The notes under the pieces were generated by a model. It worked only from the letters and a program-made list of their open reading frames with translations, had not been told where the DNA came from and did no database searches. Shown piece after piece: positions 51,540 to 63,197 of a stretch of 64,000 bases of DNA. The translations under genes and the position numbers were made by a program. The stretch covers positions 1-64,000 of the forward strand of contig NW_026921094.1 in NCBI RefSeq assembly GCF_032062105.1, written 5' to 3'. The stretch is from Saccostrea cucullata (lineage: Eukaryota). Every line of letters starts with the position of its first letter. Within the stretch, counting starts at the first letter, position 1.

Positions 51540-53027
51540 TTAAACGTGAAGATTAAACATATGTTTACATCTAAAAACTTTCACAAGTCCTCTTGTATTT
51601 CCCACCCACAATTTGGATTTGTACAGGGATAGTGAGGTTGGAAATTTCACTTCTCTCTCTGTCAGCAAAAACTTCAAAAATTTCCCAGAAGGACTCAGTA
51701 AATGGATCCGATGACTTTTTGCGTCGGTAATAAGGATGTTACAATAGGAGTCACATGCCACGTCATACGGATCAAAATTCTCCATCGGGTGGTAGTCAGG
51801 GTTGTCGTCTGTCAAGTTGCGTCCGCGATACACAAACTTAACCTGACCAGAAGAAGACATTACGACCAGAATACCTCTAGGAAATGCCCAGTTAACTATC
51901 ACTATGTCAGAGTTACCATTCTGGGTGAGGCGTGCTGGATAAAATAATTGAAACCCCTCTTCCGTATATGCATACCGACGTATTATATCACCTGTTAAAG
52001 TCAGGTGTTTTACAATACATGGAGAAGGATAACCGAATTCAGAATACACGGGGATTTCTAATCCTGCCATTAAGGATACTAACAAACCACCATCAAGAGA
52101 CTGACAGATTCCTAATGGTAGAAGGCCTGTATTTGCGATAACAGAAACTGATCCTGAAGGTAAGAGTTGACAAATGGTTTTATGCTCATTATCAGTAAAA
52201 AACACTTTACCATCCTTACAAACACAGACATCAAAGGGATTTATCGTGAACTTTCTTTTCTCGGTCCCTCGTATGCTAATTTGATTCACGTACTCTGATG
52301 TATGGGACTGGATATAACTAACATTATCACCACAATCCTCCAGTATACGTATGGGTTGATCTCCGTATTGAAACAATCCTACTTCATCAGCAAAAACGTC
52401 AATTGAAAAAGTTTCCTGTAACATATCAAAGATTTTTTCTCCATCGTATGGCGAAGGAAATTTAATGTCTTCTATGTCAGAGCGTAGTTGTTCGAACGTT
52501 TTATAGTTTTCCACAAGATTGTAATCGGACATGGTTCCACTGCTTTTCTCAATATGTTCTAAGATGTCAACAAGCTGGGCATTCTTGGCTAATCGAGGCT
52601 CTACACTCTTAAATTGTTCCTTTGTTTTACGCATGTTGGCTTTCAGTATTTCTTCATTGCTATTCTTGATTTTTGTAAGTCTGTTTATCACTTCATCAAA
52701 ATGTTTATGCAAAATTCCAACATCATAATTAAAATGATTTTCATCATCCCTTTTCTGTGTAAATATTTCCTCACTTTTCTCCTCAAACTCCGGTATCTCA
52801 TGCTCCTTTATGTCCGCTAGATATGTTAGAAGACCCCTCCTTCTCTGACTAGCCGCATTAGCTAGAGTTTCCCAGTTGTGATCCTTATGCTTTGATTTTG
52901 CACACTTGGAACAAATGGATTCATCACAATCTTCACAGAACATATCAATACGTTTGGTATGTTTGTCACAAGTTGGAATGTGTTCCTGGGGAGAGCCTAC
53001 AACAGATTGGGGTTTGTTGGTAGCCAT
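51540..53027 (-). CDS. Intact RING-less B-box/coiled-coil/NHL-like beta-propeller protein, 495 aa (subfamily gamma)
   Basis: B-box2 CDKH..CEDCDESICSKC..H..H, coiled coil, and NHL-like repeats (PLGIC, PARLTQNGNSDI, DPYDVACDSYCNILITD..HRIHLL, FPTSL). Confidence 0.92.
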   Translation of the reverse strand: MATNKPQSVVGSPQEHIPTCDKHTKRIDMFCEDCDESICSKCAKSKHKDHNWETLANAASQRRRGLLTYLADIKEHEIPEFEEKSEEIFTQKRDDENHFNYDVGILHKHFDEVINRLTKIKNSNEEILKANMRKTKEQFKSVEPRLAKNAQLVDILEHIEKSSGTMSDYNLVENYKTFEQLRSDIEDIKFPSPYDGEKIFDMLQETFSIDVFADEVGLFQYGDQPIRILEDCGDNVSYIQSHTSEYVNQISIRGTEKRKFTINPFDVCVCKDGKVFFTDNEHKTICQLLPSGSVSVIANTGLLPLGICQSLDGGLLVSLMAGLEIPVYSEFGYPSPCIVKHLTLTGDIIRRYAYTEEGFQLFYPARLTQNGNSDIVIVNWAFPRGILVVMSSSGQVKFVYRGRNLTDDNPDYHPMENFDPYDVACDSYCNILITDAKSHRIHLLSPSGKFLKFLLTEREVKFPTSLSLYKSKLWVGNTRGLVKVFRCKHMFNLHV

Positions 53028-53795
53028 TTTTACTTGTATTGAATTGCCATATTCTTAATAAGATAGTTGGCGACACGATTCACTGGTTTGTTTGTATAGC
53101 GTTGAAAAAAGCTCTCGATATTTCTTATGAAAAGCGAATGAGAATGAAAATCAATAATATGGATTAAAAACATAGATGAGGTTGTTATAAGTCTATATAT
53201 AAAAGGAACAGAAACCTTCTTTCGATTAATCACCCAGGTAAGAGTAAAAGAAAGTTTACGAAGGAAAGTTGATATCATCTCATACAAACATCTATCAGTT
53301 CATCTTAAAGTTGGCACTCATCTTCAATAGTCATTAGAAATCTACAATCTACAGAAAAATACAAAACAGATATGGAGACTCTTTGGTATCTTTTATTTGA
53401 AGTTAACTGGGATATATATCGACTCGATATAGAATTGAAGTTTCTATTGTTAATTGAGAAAACATCATCGATATAAATAAATTTCGAGAGGAAGTCCACA
53501 GCAGTTGATTTCTTCTCAATTAAAAATGTTTTTAAAGATGCAAATAACCAGTCACAATGACATTGACACCGTTAATGTAAATATTCTTAATGACAAAAGG
53601 GTCAGGAATGCAACAATATGAACACCAGTAAAGGAGAAACTTCAGGAGAACTGTACAATATCTTTGCGAAGTGTTGTTAATCAGAAGTGGATATACCCAA
53701 GGATTAAGAAAATTTCAAATCCAAAATAAATACTCTGTAACATTAAAAACGAAAAAAGGTAATAGAGATCAAATAAAGTATTCAATACCTTTCCA

Positions 53796-55222
53796 TTAAC
53801 TTACGCTATTTTCGTACTTGAAAACTTTAACAAGGCCATTTTCATTTCCCACCCGAAGGTTTGATTTGAACAAAGAAATTGAGGTAGGAAAGTTTACTTC
53901 ATTTTCATTCAGTAAATACTTCAAAATTTCCCCGTCGGGACTCAGTAGATGAATTCGTTCGTTGTATCGGTCGGACACAAGAATGTAACAGAAGGAATCG
54001 CAGACCACATCAAACGGTAAGAAGTTCCACCTCAATGTCTGTCCACTGTAAATCGATCTGATATGTCCAGCAGAAGACAAAATAACAAGGTTTCCTTTAG
54101 TTCTGCTTGTCCAGTTAACAACACAGATGTCCGAGTTACCATTTTGTGCGACTTTGACTGGTAGAGTAAACAGCTTTGTTTTACCGTCAGGAGTGTACTC
54201 ATATTCTCGGATAGTGTCACCAGTTAGGGAAACGTGTCTCACCAAATGCTTGCTGTCTGAATTTGAATTCATCCATTGTGATGTGTTCTCGTTCAGTGTC
54301 ACCAGGAGACCTCCACTTCTTTGACTACATATTCCTCCTGGTAACAGTGGATCTGTTTTAAGGACAACAGAAACAGATCCTGATGGAGAAAGGCGAGCGA
54401 TGGACCTGCTATCAACATCAGTAAAGTATACACTGCTTCTACTCACACATAAGTCATTGGGTTTTATCTTGAATTCTTTCTTCTGCTGGCCTTTTTTATT
54501 GATTAGTTTGGTGTGATCAGAGTAGTGAGATTTTATATATATATCATCGTCAGTGAATGACTCCAACATTATAATAGTGCTATGTTCATACCGGAAAGAT
54601 CCTATTTCATTGGCAATGACCTCATCTGTATCAATAATCTTTCCAACCATACATTTCAGTTGCTTATCACTTATTTTTCCTCTTCTAAATCTCTTTCGCT
54701 GTTCACATCTCTTCATATCAACATCCAAGTCGGACATCAGTTCCGTCAGTTCTTTGTGGTTCTCAACGAAGCTGTAGTCTGACATGGTACCGCTGCTTTC
54801 CTCCATAAATTTTACCAGATCAAGAAGTTGTTTCTTCTTCATTTCTAACTGTGATTTCACGCGATTTATTTGTTCATTTTGTACATCGAGACTGTCTCTA
54901 AGAGTTTGTTCGTGTTTCTTCTTGATTTCTTCGAGCCTCGTTATGATTTCTTCGTGATGCCTCTGCATAAATTGTATATCCACGTCACATCGCCGTTTAC
55001 TTTCTATATTTTGTTGAGATAAATATGAAGGCCTCTCCTTATTTCACCGACTATCATCGCTAATGTTTCCCAGTTATGATTGCTGTGGTCTGATTTTGCA
55101 CACTTGGAACAAATGAATTTGTCACAATCATCACAGAACATATCTATACGTACACTGTGTTCATTACAAACCGGGATGTGTTCCTGAGGCGATCCAACGG
55201 TGTCTTTTGTATCATCAGTCAT
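53796..55222 (-). pseudogene. B-box/CC/propeller gene, subfamily epsilon; frameshifting deletion after the B-box
   Basis: ORF 55004-55222 (B-box) is out of frame with 53796-54983 (395 aa, CC and propeller). Confidence 0.82.
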
Positions 55223-56009
55223 TGTTTTGTTTATGTTGAAAATTTCATTAAATTTAACTCAGCTACAACTACTTGTGATTTAAAGTGTTAGATCGGTACC
55301 AACTTATAGCAAGTTTACTCGATGGTTTTTAAGATTAAACAGTTACCCGAATTTAAACTACATCCTTTGTAACAAGACAATGAATTCAGCATTGTTCAAT
55401 CACCATCGGCCCATTAAGGTAGTGTGCAGTCATAAGCCCGCATAATAATCATTACAACCCTATCCTGTGTCTGCAAGAAATTCCCCTCCTTAACAAATTG
55501 TAAATTCCAGTCGATGACAATCTAGGACAGCTGTAATTGCTTTCAGAAATCAAATATTCGGCGTGCAAATAAATAAAATTAAGAAGCATGTGAAATATTA
55601 CATTATAAATATTACAAATTACAACAGTAGTAATGAGTCTCTGACTAGACTTTATCTCTAGTCGTGTATACTCAAAAAGCACTTTAAACATAATAGAAAG
55701 GCATCAACAGTAAGAATTATTTTAAAAAATGATCGTAAGTTCAGCTTACTTCGTTTGTGAGATAGCGCTTTACAAATTCGAAGTGAATAAGTTGCATTGT
55801 GATCGATATGTTTTTGTAAGGGAATGTTGCGCCTTGTGGTGTTCTTGTTTTCATTCAAAGCTTTTTTCCATTTTTGACAATACAATATTTGTAGTTTTTC
55901 TAGCGTTTTAAAACCTTTCAACCAAAAATAAAATCAGCAGTGTCTAGATATAGGACATCTGAATTTAATTCTTCAACGTTTTCATGTTCTACAATGAAGC
56001 ATATATAAA

Positions 56010-57005
56010 ACAAGATAACGAACGGTATTGAAGTTCAGCACTCCATAAAACAATACAAAATAGGAGCAGGGCAAACACAGACCTCCAAAACATCAGAGGT
56101 GGGATCAGGTACCATGGAGGAGTGAGCTACCCCTGCCGACCGGTAACACCCGCTGTGTGCTCCTTGTCATGATCGGGAAATAACGGGAAATCCGTCGTCA
56201 ATTCAGTGAATAAATAATGGACTAACAATTAGTATGAAAAAGGTCTGTCAACATTTGACTCAATGATTAATTGTATTTGCTGGCAGATCATTGTATCGAC
56301 CATATATCTTACAAAAGGATGACTTTGAATGAAATTTCTGATATTTTTGTTTCATCAACTTGTTTGTCAATATTAAGTTCGCGAATATTAATAACGCTAA
56401 CCATTAATTTTGCTAAGCATTTGTAAAGAATTTTTTTCTCAGTCGTGGAAATTAATCTTCGAGGATTGATTTTTAATTGACGAATAGCGAATAATATATG
56501 ACGCGAATAATAGTGTGTTTGCAGTAACTAACCTCGTTTTAGAAATTGTACATATTTAGAGCGTGCTCTTGCCTATCGAATCAACTGAGATCTATAAACT
56601 CTGCATGCATGTGATGAAAGTAAATTGCTGCATAAGTAAGGGAAGTTGACGATTGACGTTTATCAAACAGCTTGGTTGTTGAATTGTCATTATTTAACGT
56701 CTTTTTCAAGTAAAATATCCAAATATAAAAAACACATGTGTCAGACTGTGGTATCTTTCATCTCAAGCTCACTCTGTGGTATCTTTTATCTCAAGCTCAC
56801 AGGGATATATTGTATCTACATAAGAATGGAAATAACCATTTTAACTGACAATATGCCGTCGATATAACTCAGTGTCGAATAAAAGGGCACAGCCTTTAAA
56901 AATGTTTTCTTCTTTTCATCCGTAAGATTTTTGACAAATTCTGCTTTATATGAATACACAAAGAGGTCTGCTAACAAAAGGGCGCAATTGGTGCCCATGG
57001 AGACC
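56010..57005 (-). mobile_element. Decayed Penelope-like RT fragment with a nested small insertion (~56370-56525)
   Basis: MGTNCALLLADLFVYSY and the conserved 3' block. Confidence 0.78.
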
Positions 57006-57390
57006 TCCTGGTCTCAAAATACTGGACATGTCATTACTCGCACGTGACGTAAATATAGTTTAAAATGACTTTCAATCACTTATTATTAGAGGGCCAAAGA
57101 TTAGGAAACCCCAATTTTTCAACTGGAGTAATAATTTCATAAACATGAATTTTATGGACTACGCCATTCATTCCTCAATTTACAATTAAATAAAGCATTT
57201 TATTATATACTAGTAAATATAATAATTATATGTGTATTTTCTTTGCATGCTACTACTTGTTTATTTGATATTTGGGATCAATTTTTTGGACCACAAACAA
57301 AAAAGACCAATATCAAAATACAACGTATTCGGGTCATTTTTCTCTATATGATTAGTTGGTGTACATTGCAGCACTCCAGAACGAAAGCCT

Positions 57391-58737
57391 CTAGATGTAG
57401 ACTAACGAAAATGTTCCCGTGCGTCTAAATTTAAATACTTTGACAAGTCCTTTAGTATTCCCGACCCAAAGTACAGAACCATGCAATGATATTGAAGTTG
57501 GAAAATCAACATCATTTTCTGTCAGCAAGTATTTGAGGAACTCCCCGTCAGGACTCAAGATATGGATCCTATGGTTAAGCGTATCACTTACAAGAATATT
57601 ACAGTAGGAGTCACACACCACTCCGTTTGGCTTAAAGTATCTTGTCATGTTCTTCCGCCATAGACAGACTTAGTTCGACCAGAGAAAGACAAGAGAACCA
57701 GTTCGCCCGTCTTATCACCTGACTGGTTAAGAACACAGATGTCTCCATTCCCATTCTGAGCAACACTGGTTGGTTGGACAAAAATTCTGGTCTGACCATC
57801 CTCCTGGTATTCATAATCATGGATGAGATCACCATTTATCTTCAGGTGCCTGACCAAACGTCTACTGCATGGTTGTAATTTAAATGTATCTGATAATTCA
57901 TCTGTCAGCGTGACCAGGAGTCCCCCATCCGAAGATAAGCAGATTCCTCCAGGCGTTAAGGGTTTAGTGCTGACTATTGTAGAAAGATATCCGTATTTAT
58001 ACAGACTCGAGATGCATTTGTTCCTATAGTCTGTGTAATAAACACAATCATCAGCTTTTACACACACATCTTTGGCATTTATCCCGGATTCCTATTTCTC
58101 CCTACTTTCTATGTTGACTTTTCTGAATTTTGATATCATGGAACGAATGTAACAAGAATCGTCACTGACTGCCTGAAGAATAAGTATTGATATTTCCATG
58201 TCAATATGAATTTGTTTCAGAAGCATTAATGTCTTGTTTCAGAAGCATTAATGCCTTTTAAATCCAAAGTGTTCAATGATAGATTCCTCGGCGTCATCAT
58301 CAATTCCTCCTCTCATGTATTTCGCTGAATATTCACAATTGTTTAATTTGATATCCAAGTCAGGCATTAATCACATGTATGTGGTTGGTGATCAAGTTGT
58401 AATCCGATTCTATATAATCAACCAATTGTTTTCTTGCCCTGCTGAATTCCTATATCACACTGTTCGATATTTTCCCAATATTCTCAACAGCTACCAGATT
58501 CTTGTAAGCTTCTGGTAGCTTTTCCCTCTTTAACTTTTCAAAGTACTGAAACAAAGCTCTCCTTTTTTGAGCTGCCACCGTCCATCTCCACAGTGTCGTT
58601 CCAGTTGTGGTTTCTGTTATCCGTTTTTGCACACATGAAAAAAAATGGATTCATCACAATCGACACAGAATACATTAATAGGACATCGGTGTTTGTCACA
58701 ATTAAGAATTTTAGTAGTCTTTACTTGCCGCCGCCAT
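57391..58737 (-). pseudogene. Divergent B-box/CC/propeller gene (subfamily zeta), multiply frameshifted
   Basis: CDKHRCPINVFCVDCDES at the 5' end; PGGIC..GGLLVTL..QNGNGDIC..VVCDSYCNILVSD..LWVGN. Confidence 0.85.
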
Positions 58738-59631
58738 TTCATGTGCCTATAATGACTTGTATCTAGATATTTATGGATCAATGCTTATATTAACTTTGAA
58801 TAATAACATGTAACGATTGGTTCTTTTAACCGGCATGAATAAGACAATATAGATTGTTTATTTTCCTATATAACTGGCATAAAAGGCTATCCTTTAGCAA
58901 TGTAAAAATTTGTGAACTATTACTTGCTTTCAATGCATTGTTATGAGATTTTCAAATGACTTTCAGTGTCTTTTTAAAAATAAGAAAATATCAATGAAAA
59001 GAAATTTTATTGTCTTTATTGAAATCAAAAATAAATATTTTTTCTGTATCATAGTGAGATAAATGGAAATCAGAATTAAATATGTTTCTTTATGAACATG
59101 CAAATTATGTAGAATTCAATTGGTTGATAATATGTTATAATCATGTAGAAGAATGTGTGTTATTTAAAATGCTTTGGTAGAGACATCATGTCAACTTTTG
59201 GTCTTTGATAATAATAAAGACTTCATTACATTTAAGAGTCTCAGATGTATTGAAGATTTTTTTATTGAGGTTATTCTTTTGAACTTCCATTATTTTAAAC
59301 AATACATTTAAATCACAGAGCGCTATTTCTCATTGCATGGGGTTTTTTAAAGTCCACCTTATAAAGCCTTACACATTTACCAAAAAAAAAAATTGGAAGT
59401 CCATGGGCCACAACTTTTTCTAAAACACAACTGAAATACCTATATAATTATATTCTCCGATTGTAGCCTTATGTAGCTACTATTTATTTCCTATATTTGC
59501 ATATATAAACATTATCCATATATATTTTCCCATCTCAAGCAAAACTATTCTGGGATTGATTGTTGTTTTAAGCCCCATTCAAGATTTTCCTCTTATAAGA
59601 GAAGTCATAATGTACTGGTGAAAGGCTTTAA

Positions 59632-60215
59632 AGAACTTTATTCGGTAATAACCAATATTTGCCCCAAAATCATTTGCCTCCAAATGATGGAGATATATTT
59701 AATTAAGTTCTTAAACAGGGGAGTATATGCTGACTTCAAAGCACTGAACATTTTCATACGTAATGACGCCATATGTACGTAATGACGTCACAAACATGAC
59801 GTGAATTTCATTTTTTTATGAATTTTACAGAAAAATGTACATATTTCGTCCATATTTTGAGTAAAAGTCACCGAGCGCATGTGTGTTCAGGATCAATATT
59901 TTGATATAATGTGTAGAATGATAATATCAATGAAATATGTCAATATTGTTCCTGAACAAACTTGCGCTCTATAAATTTTAAAGCTAAAATTGTTGAAATT
60001 TTGTCCATTTTGTCCTCTTTCTGAAAAAGGATATAAAATCGGACTAGTTTGTGACGTCATAAAAACAAAAATTGTGAATACACTGCTTTGACACTATAAT
60101 ATTTTCTGTTAATTTATATTTCTCATACAATTTATTGAATTCAGCACATTTCAGGAAGTTTTCAAAAATTGACTTTTGTGGGGGCAAATATATGCAATAT
60201 ACCGCATATAGTTCT
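59632..60215. mobile_element. Kolobok-like MITE inserted in a decayed SINE copy (~59550-60500)
   Basis: TIRs agaactttattcggtaa..tatttgcccc / ggggcaaatat..taccgcatatagttct; TTAA/TTAG flanks. Confidence 0.65.
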
Positions 60216-60976
60216 TTAGACCTATACTTGCCACTCGGGGCTATAGAGCAGTAAAGGATCTTTATCATATCAACACCTACGATGAAATGAAAATTCTGTT
60301 TTTAAGGTGTCTTTTGAAAGACCCGTGCTTTCTACTGCTGGAGACATCTCTAAATGAGTTTAAAATTCTCAATTTGGACGGAAAATATCAAACAATCAAG
60401 AGCAGTCACTTCCTATGTTTAAGTGGTTTGACACGGCGAACAAGAATCGAAGCAAGGTCACTCGATTATAAAGTGAACGCCTTACCACTAGGCAACCACG
60501 ACAGGTCACTATTCACGGCAAAGTCCTTCGACGAAATAAAAAAAGTAATCAACGGACCGAATTAATAAAGAAAAAAGTGAAGATAAATGCAAGATTAAAA
60601 ACACCTACAAACAATGCATCTTCCTGTAATCAACTAGTATATACAATCTTACTTCCACTTAATAAACAAAGAACTATATTTCTGAGTTAAATAATGCCTC
60701 ATTATATCGTCTATCAGTCGGCTTTATCCTTGAAACACACAGAGCTAGTCAAATGAAAATTTTTAGTTTCAGATCTTTCGTAGGAGACCTTGAAACCGAA
60801 GTCCTGTGTCACGGCAAGCTTTGGCACAATGTCAATCCATCTCTGCTCAATGGCCCTAAGTTCCGAGTAAATGTCTATAGTTAAATCCTTTCACTGGTAT
60901 ATGATGTCGTCTCTATGTAACAGATGCTGTATACAGGGTTATTTTCGCCCCGTGTTATTTTCGCCCCTTTATTGGA

Positions 60977-61241
60977 TTGATTGTATACTTTTTAACGTCC
61001 CTCTCCAGAATATTTCACTGATATGGAGACGTCACCATTGCCGGTGAAGGGCTGCAAATTTAGGCCTATGCTCGACACTTACGGCCTTTGAGCAGGGAGG
61101 GATCTTTATCGTGCCACACCCGCTGTGACACGGGGCCTCGATTTATAGGTCTCATCCGAAGGACCGCCCCATTTAGTCGCCTTTTACGACAAGCAAGTAC
61201 TGGGTACTGAGGACCTATTCTAACCCGGATCCCCACGGGGT
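60977..61241 (-). mobile_element. Young SINE-like / non-autonomous retroposon with 13-bp TSD
   Basis: TSD cccctttattgga at 60964-60976 and 61242-61254; short (CAAT) tail; 5' region has gtcgtaaaaggcgactaa. Confidence 0.85.
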
Positions 61242-61965
61242 CCCCTTTATTGGAATATCACTACATAATTAAGAAAACTTGACAATGGAAAACCTGAAAT
61301 CCTCCCGTTTATCACGGTTTATATGTATTTAGTGATTAGTTGATCCTTGTCGTCTATAGTCAGTAAAACACCAAAAATGAATCAGATGTAGAAGACTCTG
61401 TGGTGTCTTTTACTTCAAGTTCACTAAAATATTTCGAGTCGACATATGAATAAAGTATTTATTGTTAATTGATCATATGTCCTCGGTAATCTAAATGCCA
61501 AGACGAATTAAGGCAACAGAAAGTGTAATATTTTCTTCTCACATAGAAGTTTCTGAATAAATTCAGTTTCATAGCAATATAAAATCAGGCCGGCTAATAA
61601 AAGAGCACATTCAGATCACACCTGAATCCCAACAGTTTGTTGGGAGATCTTGTCTCCGATCGTGAAGCCTATAAATATTGTTAATGAGAACCCCGGCATC
61701 CTTTAATTTCAATTTCAGAGTACTTGTATATGTTGAATCAGAGTGGTTTTTTTTTTTAAAAATTGTTGATGACAATTCACAAGATGTTAAAATTTCCGAG
61801 TTCTCTTTTTAATGAAGAAGTAGTTGACAAAGTTTCCATAAGCACAGTTTTTAATTCATCGTGGGGAATGGATGTATAAAGTGTAGAGAAATACTTTTAA
61901 AATCAACATCAAATGATTGACATTTACAGTACAAAATCGCTTCGACCAGAAAAACTGAAATATAA

Positions 61966-63197
61966 TTAAATGGGAATATCAATCATATGTTTGCATCTGA
62001 ACACTTTGACCAGTCCTCTAGTATTCCCTACCCACAGTGTAGACTTGTAGAGCGATAGTGAGGTCAGATATTTCAGTGTCAGCAAAAATTTCACAAATGT
62101 TCCTAACGGACTGAGCAGATGTATCCAGTGGTTCCTTGCATCGGAAACAAGGATGTTGCAGAGAGAGTCACATACTACGTCATAAGGATCAAAAATCTCT
62201 TTTTTGTCTTCCATGATTTGTCCGTTATAGATAGATATGAAAGAACCTGGTGATGATAAAATGAACAGACTACCGCTGGAAACTGTCCAGTTTACAACAC
62301 AAATATCATGGTTACCATTCTGTATGACTCGTCGGGGGTAAGTAATTGGTGGGTCCCTATCTTTTAACTTGTATTCGTGTTTCACCTCGCGTGACAACGC
62401 CAGTTGCAACAATGGAGGTAAACAAAAGCAGTAGTAACGTCCGCAATAGTGGTCTGGACAGGAAAGTCTAAACTCAGAGGGAATCTGTGTGACTAGCAGA
62501 TCACCTATTATTGATTGACAAATTCCAAGTGGTTTTTGTGGATTTGTGTTAATGATGGTGGAAACGGATCCTGACGGGGATAGACAGCAGATGGAGTTAT
62601 TCTCATTGTCAGTAAAATATACAACACCATCATTACAAACACATACTTAAGAAATATTGAACTTAAACGTTCGTTTCCTCTCACCCTGTGTGTTGATTTG
62701 ATGCAATGTCTTCTGAAGCCATTGCCTGAATGTAGTAAGCATCTTCATCGAATGCTTCAAGAATTCTTGTTGGATTATTTTTGTATTGAAATGATGTTGT
62801 TTCATTGGCAACTAATTCAACAGAAATTGTTTTCTGCAAACAATCATTGAGAGGTATTCTTTTAAAACGCATTAGCCATTCAGATTTCTTTATTTTATTG
62901 TAGTGCTGTCGCCACAATTGGACATTGTCTAGCAAACTATAATCAGACATAGTGCCTTTGTTACTTTCGATAAAATCTACTGCATCGCGAAGTTGTTTTA
63001 ACTTCCTACCTATATCCAAAACTTCTGCATTTGCTTTATTCAGATTGTTCTTCATTGCATCTCCATCTGTCCTCTTGATTTCCGTAATCCTGTTTATGAT
63101 TTGATCACAATGTTCCTGCAAGGTTTTAACGTCAGACTCATAAAGAAATTCATATTCTCTTCTCTTGTGTGCTAATTCTACTGATTTATTGAATAAC
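61966..63197 (-). pseudogene. Beta-subfamily gene (diverged), B-box replaced by fusion to an epsilon gene
   Basis: ORFs 62681-63223 and 61966-62412; loop reads SCPDHYCGRYYCFCLPP. Confidence 0.85.

Noticed and set aside
2814-57607. Recurrent plus-strand ORFs (MDPMIF..., MSELPFC..., MTQPFN...)
   Set aside because: Antisense shadows of duplicated minus-strand genes; their recurrence reflects paralogy, not independent coding.
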